Shown here in pieces: positions 58,454-64,000 of a stretch of 64,000 nucleotides of DNA. The DNA comes from an uncultured Gemmatimonadales bacterium. Lineage in GTDB: Bacteria; Gemmatimonadota; Gemmatimonadetes; Gemmatimonadales; GWC2-71-9. The DNA lies in contig CAVZZO010000001.1 of the NCBI GenBank assembly GCA_963779755.1, positions 1,504,001 to 1,568,000 of the forward strand. Reading direction: 5' to 3'. Below the pieces are notes generated by a model, which ran no database searches, was not told where the DNA came from, and was given only the letters and a program-made list of their open reading frames with translations. The translations under genes were made by a program, and so were the position numbers. How positions within the stretch are numbered: position 1 is the first letter of the stretch; the number at the start of each line of letters is the position of its first letter.

Positions 58454-59140
58454 CTATCGCGCCACCCGGAACCCCACGAAGACATCATAGAGGGTGCGCC
58501 GGCCCGTGGCAGGTCCGGCATAGACCGTCCCTTCCAGGTAGCTGTTCCGCATGAGCCCGAACTCCAGCGCCGGCCTGGGGCCACCCTGGTATTCGACGCC
58601 GAGCGCGGCCACCCAGATGGACTGCCCACCCTCCTGATAGCGGGTAATGAACGGATCGTCGCCGGCGGGGCCGCTGGAGAATACGTATTTGAGACTGGTG
58701 TAGGGGGTCCAGCGGCCGTAGTCGCGGGAATAGATCACGGTCAGGCTGGAGGGCAGGAGCCAGACGGTCTGGCCCAGCACCGCGAACTTGTCGCGATGCG
58801 TCTGGTTGAACCCCAGCTTGACGTAGGGAGCAACCAGCAGTGAGCGGGGACTGGTGCCGTAGCGGGAGAGCGCGTCGCTGCGGAGACTGGCCAACCCCTC
58901 CTCCAGATAGACCGCTACCGGCAGCCCGATCTCGATGCCCGGGCCGGCGAATCCGTAGCTGGGAGACACGAAAGCAACGATATCGGCGCCCTGGGGCTTG
59001 CCCTCGCGTTGCTGGTCGGTCAGGACCGCCGACCCGGCGGCGAGGTGCAGGCCGGGATTGATCCGGGCCGACTGGAGGGTGGGAAAGCACCCGGCCAGGG
59101 CGAGAGCACCGAGCAGCCGGGCATAGCCGGGGATTTTCAT
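58454..59140 (-). CDS. Hypothetical lipoprotein, possible beta-barrel
   Basis: Lipobox LAGC; aromatic alternating strands. Confidence 0.7.
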   Translation of the reverse strand: MKIPGYARLLGALALAGCFPTLQSARINPGLHLAAGSAVLTDQQREGKPQGADIVAFVSPSYGFAGPGIEIGLPVAVYLEEGLASLRSDALSRYGTSPRSLLVAPYVKLGFNQTHRDKFAVLGQTVWLLPSSLTVIYSRDYGRWTPYTSLKYVFSSGPAGDDPFITRYQEGGQSIWVAALGVEYQGGPRPALEFGLMRNSYLEGTVYAGPATGRRTLYDVFVGFRVAR

Positions 59141-59280
59141 GGCGCCGGTCCGGTAGATGACGCGGACACAATAGCCCCTGGCCGTCCCCGGAGCGTGACC
59201 CGCTCGGCAGATCGATCCACAGATGCCACCGATGGCATGCCTCCGATCCACCTCGGGAGTCCGCGCAATTTGTGGATGAT

Positions 59281-59904
59281 CTACGGGTGCACCAGGCGCG
59301 CGCTGAGCGAGACACTCATATCATCGTGAAAACGTGAGGGGAAAATAAGCCCGGGCGCGGACAGGCGAGCCTGGTAGAGCAGCGCCTCGGCCCCCGCGCG
59401 CCAATGGAGACCCGCTGCGGCGAATTCCAGCGCGCCCACGAGGCTTGCGCCCAGATCGGTGCGGCCGCCGAGGCCGCTCCAGCCGGAACCGGATCGGTGT
59501 ATCAGCGCCGGCCCGGCTCCCAGATGCAGCGCCGCTCCGCCGGAGGAGAGGGGAAGCTCGGCAGCGAGCCGCATCGCGCCCGCCGCCAGACGTCCCGACC
59601 GGCCGATGAGCGACGCCGGCGTGCCGGGTGCGGAGTCGGTCACCGCGACATCGTGCAGGCCCAGCATGCCGGAGATTTCGACGGTGAGCGCCGGGCCCGC
59701 GCCGACATCGATCGTGAGGCTGGTCAGGTTGATCGGCGAGTTGCTGCCGTCGTAGCGTACGGTCTGTCCCGCCGGGCCGGCCCCGGTGACGTCGTAATTG
59801 GCCAGGCTCTGACCCAGGCCGACCCAGACGCTCCAGCGCGTCTGGGCCGACGCGGGCCCGGCGACCGTCATGCCCAAAGCCAGCAGCAGGATCTGACGGG
59901 TCAT
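59281..59904 (-). CDS. Exported beta-barrel-like hypothetical protein
   Basis: GGAG RBS; signal peptide ASA-Q; amphipathic strands. Confidence 0.7.
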   Translation of the reverse strand: MTRQILLLALGMTVAGPASAQTRWSVWVGLGQSLANYDVTGAGPAGQTVRYDGSNSPINLTSLTIDVGAGPALTVEISGMLGLHDVAVTDSAPGTPASLIGRSGRLAAGAMRLAAELPLSSGGAALHLGAGPALIHRSGSGWSGLGGRTDLGASLVGALEFAAAGLHWRAGAEALLYQARLSAPGLIFPSRFHDDMSVSLSARLVHP

Positions 59905-59956
59905 GGCATGCTCCGGTACGGGATATGGGCTAAGCTATCGCCAGAACCGCCCCCCG

Positions 59957-61306
59957 CTAGGGCCGGTAGACCAGGGTCACCTCGCCCACCTTGTAGTTCC
60001 CGTCCATGACCACGTGCGTCTGCGGGATGGTGATATTCGAGTACCGGGTCCACTCGTGGGCATCGATGATCAGGCCTACAAAATCGTCCTTCAACTGGAA
60101 CAGCTGGTGGGCCGACTCCAGCAGGATCGAGAGCCCCGCCGCCGCCAGCACCGCGGCAATGGAGCTGGGATTGGTCCCGTACTGGAGTGCGAGCTGCGCC
60201 GCCGGCACCACCAGCGTGGTGCCGAAAACCGCGCTGGAGTAGTTGTGGTCCGGGTCCTTGATCTCGTTCGCGGTGTCGTCGTCCTCCCAGACGGCCAGGG
60301 CAAAGGGCCGGCGGCTGGCCGGCGTTCCCGCGGGATAGCGGTACTGCAGCTGGCTCAGCTGGTAATCGCTGGCCAGGCGCACGTTGCCCGTCCAGGTGTA
60401 GCTGTCCTGGTTGTAATAGGCGGGGTAGCTGACGTACTCGCCCGCATTCCCCCGCACCGGCTCATAGGCCCAGGCGGTCGAGTCCACCGGCTGCAGCAGG
60501 TAGATCTCCAGCTCGGGCGCGCCCCGCGCCCAGCCCTCGTGCAGGTTCTCCAGGTGCGAGTAGGTCATGTAGATGCCGGGCCAGGTGCCCCCGCCTGAGC
60601 CGCCGCCGCCATCCCCTCCGCCCCCGCAGTCGTATTCGTCTGACGGCACACAGGTGGCCGGCGCCACGGCGTCGGCGCGCTGGAAATCGAGCTCGCGCGG
60701 CACCAGCACCAGTGCCGGCGTTTCCGGCGGGTGATCGGCGGACAGACCCGCCACCGGGCGGCCCTGGAGATCGAACCCGACCGGCTGGTCGCCGTCGCGC
60801 AGGCTGGTGACCACGATCAGGTTGGTGCCGCCCCGCCAGGCCTCCAGCTGCCCGGGGACCGGCAGGTAGATCTCCAGATCCACGATGCTGTCGAGCCGGG
60901 CCGCGATCCCGCGGCTATCGGTTCCCCCGTGCCGGGACATCAGGCGGAGCAGATCGCCGCCGGGCCCTTCCAGGAAGGAACGGAAGTGCACCTTGTGCTC
61001 GCGGTAGCGGGAGGTGTGAATCGCCGCCGAGAGGTGGGCCCGCACGGCCGGGTCGCTGAGGGAAAGCGCAACCAGGCGCGTGACGGCGATGAGCGAACGG
61101 TCCATCGCTCCGGTATCGACGGCGAACCCGCCCGATGCCAGCATGAGCCGGCCGCGGGTGGCGGCGGGCGCCCCTCCGGGTGGGCCGCCGCCGGCATCGA
61201 CCGGCAGATCGCGCGAGCAGGCAGGCAGCAGCAACAGAACGGCGAGCAGGTACGGCAGGCGGCAACGACGGCCCCCGGCTGTCCGGCAGCGAGAGAGCGG
61301 CGGCAT
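59957..61306 (-). CDS. Lipoprotein, DUF3103-like
   Basis: AGGAGG RBS; lipobox LPAC; GFDLQG...LSAD.PP.TP.LV; Gly linker; EGW.RG.PE.EIY. Family assignment is by recall. Confidence 0.65.
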   Translation of the reverse strand: MPPLSRCRTAGGRRCRLPYLLAVLLLLPACSRDLPVDAGGGPPGGAPAATRGRLMLASGGFAVDTGAMDRSLIAVTRLVALSLSDPAVRAHLSAAIHTSRYREHKVHFRSFLEGPGGDLLRLMSRHGGTDSRGIAARLDSIVDLEIYLPVPGQLEAWRGGTNLIVVTSLRDGDQPVGFDLQGRPVAGLSADHPPETPALVLVPRELDFQRADAVAPATCVPSDEYDCGGGGDGGGGSGGGTWPGIYMTYSHLENLHEGWARGAPELEIYLLQPVDSTAWAYEPVRGNAGEYVSYPAYYNQDSYTWTGNVRLASDYQLSQLQYRYPAGTPASRRPFALAVWEDDDTANEIKDPDHNYSSAVFGTTLVVPAAQLALQYGTNPSSIAAVLAAAGLSILLESAHQLFQLKDDFVGLIIDAHEWTRYSNITIPQTHVVMDGNYKVGEVTLVYRP

Positions 61307-61606
61307 GGCCCCTCCTGGGTTGAAGACCCCAGCAGGGTGGCACCGACGGTTCTACCGCGACGCAACCGGACAGGGAGGCGCCCAAACGCGGGCGGGCCCC
61401 GAAAAACCGCGGCGGTGGTGAGGATCTTGCCCTGCTCCGGAACGCCGCGGCGGCGCCGGCCGGTCGTCCCCTGTTTCCCCCGCAATTCCGCCCTGGCGGC
61501 GTTGCGCCCCCGAACGACGCGACAGTCTGGCGCATGGCCCTCATCTGCTGCCGGGACAAATTGTCCTGCGGGGGCGCCGCGGCCCATACCAATCGGGGAG
61601 GTAGTC

Positions 61607-63001
61607 ATGAGGCTTTCATGTCTGACGGTCGCCGCCACGCTCGGACTCGCGGCGCCGCTGGCGGCATCCAGCGGGAGCCTGGATGGCGCGGCACGCGCCT
61701 ATGTCCGGACGGCCACCTTCCGGGATGAGGCGACGGCGCTGCACCGGAGCATTCCCAGTTTTTCGCGCCAGACGGGGCTGGCCTGCAGCGCCTGCCATAC
61801 CACATTTCCGCAACTCACCGTCTTCGGACGGCGCTTCAAGCTGAACGGATATACGCTCACCGGGATGGAGACCGTCACCGCCGGCGACAGCAGCAACGCG
61901 CTCAAGCTGGACCTGATCCCGCCGGTGTCCGCCATGGTGCAGGCTTCGCTTACCAGCACCAGCAAAGCGCAGCCCGGCACGCAGAACGGGGACGTGCAGT
62001 TTCCCCAGCAGCTGAGTCTCTTCGTGGGCGGCGCCATTACGCCGCGGCTGGGCACGTTTCTGCAGCTGACCTATGACCCGGCGGATGGCGGCATCGCGAT
62101 GGACAACATGGATGTCCGCTACGCCAATTCTGCCTCGCTGGGAACGAAGGACCTGATTTACGGTTTCACGCTCAACAACAATCCCACCGTCGAGGATCCC
62201 TACAACAGCGTCCCGGCATGGGGCTTTCCCTATGCTGCCTCGGCGGTCGCCCCCACCCCCGCGGCCGGAACTCTGGTGGATGGCGCGCTGGGCCAGGCAG
62301 TGGCGGGTCTGGGCGCGTACTCGTTTCTGGCCGGGCACCTGTATACCGAGGTGAGCCTCTACCGCTCCGCTTTCCAGGGCGGCCCCAATCCGCCCGATGC
62401 AGGCGCCGAAGGCACGATCAAAGGCGTGGCCCCCTACTGGCGCGCCGCCTGGGAGCAGAACCTGGGCGGCTCCATCCTCATGCTGGGAACGTATGGGATG
62501 CGGGCCACTCTGTATCCCTCCGGGATCTCCGGCATGACCGACCGCTTCACCGATGTCGCCATCGATGGCCAGTTCGAGCGCGCCATCGGCAACGGGAGCC
62601 TGACCGCCCACGCCACCTGGATTCACGAAAAGCAGGATCTGGCCGCCAGCTACGCCGCCGGCGACGCGGCGAATCCGTCGCGTACCCTGCGGACATTCCG
62701 GGCCGATGCGTCCTACTACACGCCGGGACGGGTGGGAGCCACGCTGGCCTGGTTCAACACCACAGGTGACAGCGACCCCGGTCTCTACCCCGCCGACCCG
62801 GTGACGGGCAGTGCCAGCGGAAGCCCTGACAGCCGGGGCTGGATCGGGCAGGTTTCCTATATGCCCTGGCTCAATACCCGGTTCGGCCTGCAGTATGTGG
62901 CCTACAGCAAGTTCAATGGCGGCGGCAGCAACTATGATGGGGCGGGGCGCAATGCGTCGGACAACAATACGCTCTATCTGATCAGCTGGCTGATGTTCTA
63001 G
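61607..63001 (+). CDS. cyc2: Cyc2-like fused monoheme cytochrome c - porin
   Basis: GGGGAGG RBS; signal peptide; IPSFSRQTGLACSACHTTFPQLTVFGRRFKLNGY; barrel ending SWLMF. Confidence 0.85.
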   Translation: MRLSCLTVAATLGLAAPLAASSGSLDGAARAYVRTATFRDEATALHRSIPSFSRQTGLACSACHTTFPQLTVFGRRFKLNGYTLTGMETVTAGDSSNALKLDLIPPVSAMVQASLTSTSKAQPGTQNGDVQFPQQLSLFVGGAITPRLGTFLQLTYDPADGGIAMDNMDVRYANSASLGTKDLIYGFTLNNNPTVEDPYNSVPAWGFPYAASAVAPTPAAGTLVDGALGQAVAGLGAYSFLAGHLYTEVSLYRSAFQGGPNPPDAGAEGTIKGVAPYWRAAWEQNLGGSILMLGTYGMRATLYPSGISGMTDRFTDVAIDGQFERAIGNGSLTAHATWIHEKQDLAASYAAGDAANPSRTLRTFRADASYYTPGRVGATLAWFNTTGDSDPGLYPADPVTGSASGSPDSRGWIGQVSYMPWLNTRFGLQYVAYSKFNGGGSNYDGAGRNASDNNTLYLISWLMF

Positions 63002-63003
63002 GA

Positions 63004-63111
63004 GGCCCTAAAGGACTTCCTCGCGGCTTTCTATTGGAGGCCGCTCGGTCGCAGGACGGCCCTAAAGGACTTCCTCGCGGCTTTCTATTGGAGGCCGCTC
63101 GGTCGCAGGAC
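63004..63111. repeat. Exact 54-bp tandem duplication
   Basis: ggccctaaaggacttcctcgcggctttctattggaggccgctcggtcgcaggac at 63004-63057 and 63058-63111. Confidence 0.95.
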
Positions 63112-63229
63112 GGCAGGACGGCGGGATGGCGGGAAAGGGCGAACGGGAACGATTCCGTTTTCCCCTTCCCCTTTTCCCGGTTCCCGGTTCCCGCCTTACC
63201 TTCCGGATGTCCCCCGCCCGGAGTCTGCC

Positions 63230-64000
63230 ATGCTCCGCCTGCTCGCCCTCGGCGCGCTGCTCCTCATCCCCGCGGCATCGGCCGCCCAGTCGGTCCCCAT
63301 CAGGGAATGGCCCGTCCCCTGGCCCAACACCCGACCGCGCGATCCCTCTGTCGCGCCGGGGCAGGGGATCTGGTTCGTGGGGCAGGCCGGCGATTATCTG
63401 GCCCTGCTCGACCCGGCGACCGGCAAGTTCAAGCGATACGACCTGGACCCCGGTACCGGGCCGCACAATCTGGTCGTGGGGCAGGACGGCATGGTCTGGT
63501 ACACCGGGAACCGCGCGGCCCACATTGGCCGGCTCGATCCGGCTACCGGCACGGTCACGAAGTACCCCATGCCCGATCCCGCCGCCCGCGACCCCCACAC
63601 GCTGGTGTTCGATGCCGCGGGCGATCTCTGGTTCACCGTGCAGGGCGGCAATTTCGTGGGGAAACTGGAAACCGCTACCGGGCAGGTGCGTCTGCTCCCG
63701 GTTCCGACGCCCAACGCGCGCCCCTACGGCATCGTGCTGGACGCGTCGGGACGGCCCTGGGTGGCCGAGTTCGGGAGCAACAAGCTGGCGGTCATCGATC
63801 CCGCCACCATGCGGCTGGAAGAGGTTCCGCTTCCCCGGGCGCGCACCCGCCCCCGCCGGATTGCCTTTTCGCAGGGGGCGGTCTGGTACGTGGATTACGT
63901 GGGTGGGCGGCTGGGACGGGTAGACCCGGGCTCCCGGCGGGTCAGCGAATGGGAGATGCCCGAGGGAGAGCGGGCGCTGCCGTACGGCATGGCGGCGGAT
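63230..64000 (+). CDS. Virginiamycin B lyase (Vgb)-like beta-propeller, exported (truncated by window end)
   Basis: Manual translation MLRLLALGALLL...EWPVPW..TRPRDP...IWFVGQ...GPHNL...DPHTL...PYGI repeats. Confidence 0.9.
   Translation, partial: MLRLLALGALLLIPAASAAQSVPIREWPVPWPNTRPRDPSVAPGQGIWFVGQAGDYLALLDPATGKFKRYDLDPGTGPHNLVVGQDGMVWYTGNRAAHIGRLDPATGTVTKYPMPDPAARDPHTLVFDAAGDLWFTVQGGNFVGKLETATGQVRLLPVPTPNARPYGIVLDASGRPWVAEFGSNKLAVIDPATMRLEEVPLPRARTRPRRIAFSQGAVWYVDYVGGRLGRVDPGSRRVSEWEMPEGERALPYGMAAD

Noticed and set aside
60731..61606. Long N-terminal extension of the Cyc2-like ORF
   Set aside because: Overlaps the opposite-strand lipoprotein gene and is low complexity; a strong RBS and signal peptide sit at 61607.
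54382..64000. Integrative element at tRNA-Lys
   Set aside because: No integrase and no duplicated tRNA 3' end seen in the window; a terminator follows the tRNA directly.

Overview
GC-rich chromosomal window with about 55 protein genes and a five-tRNA operon (His, Trp, Glu, Glu, Lys). The gene repertoire (Ser/Thr kinase-TolB-like and BTAD-TolB-TPR regulators, Ig-like lipoproteins, many exported proteins) suggests Gemmatimonadota; this is inference. Main blocks: tamAB; a cupredoxin-lipoprotein/beta-barrel/YceI operon; a GH63-type glucosidase plus a debranching enzyme read in frame into a GNAT domain; peroxiredoxin; rhodanese/SufE; an 11.6-kb 3-keto-glycoside (GMC/TIM-barrel/Gfo/DUF1080/NupG) catabolic locus; divergent icd/aceK; a cold-shock gene; a radical SAM gene; and a block of outer-membrane and lipoprotein genes ending in a Cyc2-like cytochrome-porin. 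I saw no CRISPR array, integrase, transposase or rRNA. The most notable signals are: (1) the Cyc2-like gene; (2) strong enrichment of D-[ST]-hydrophobic motifs, the Bacteroidota O-glycosylation sequon, in exported but not cytoplasmic proteins; (3) several families of dispersed intergenic 7-, 8- and 9-mer tandem/inverted-repeat elements, including a duplicated structured ~128-bp cassette embedded in heptamer arrays. All calls come from reading motifs by eye; no database search or folding program was run.
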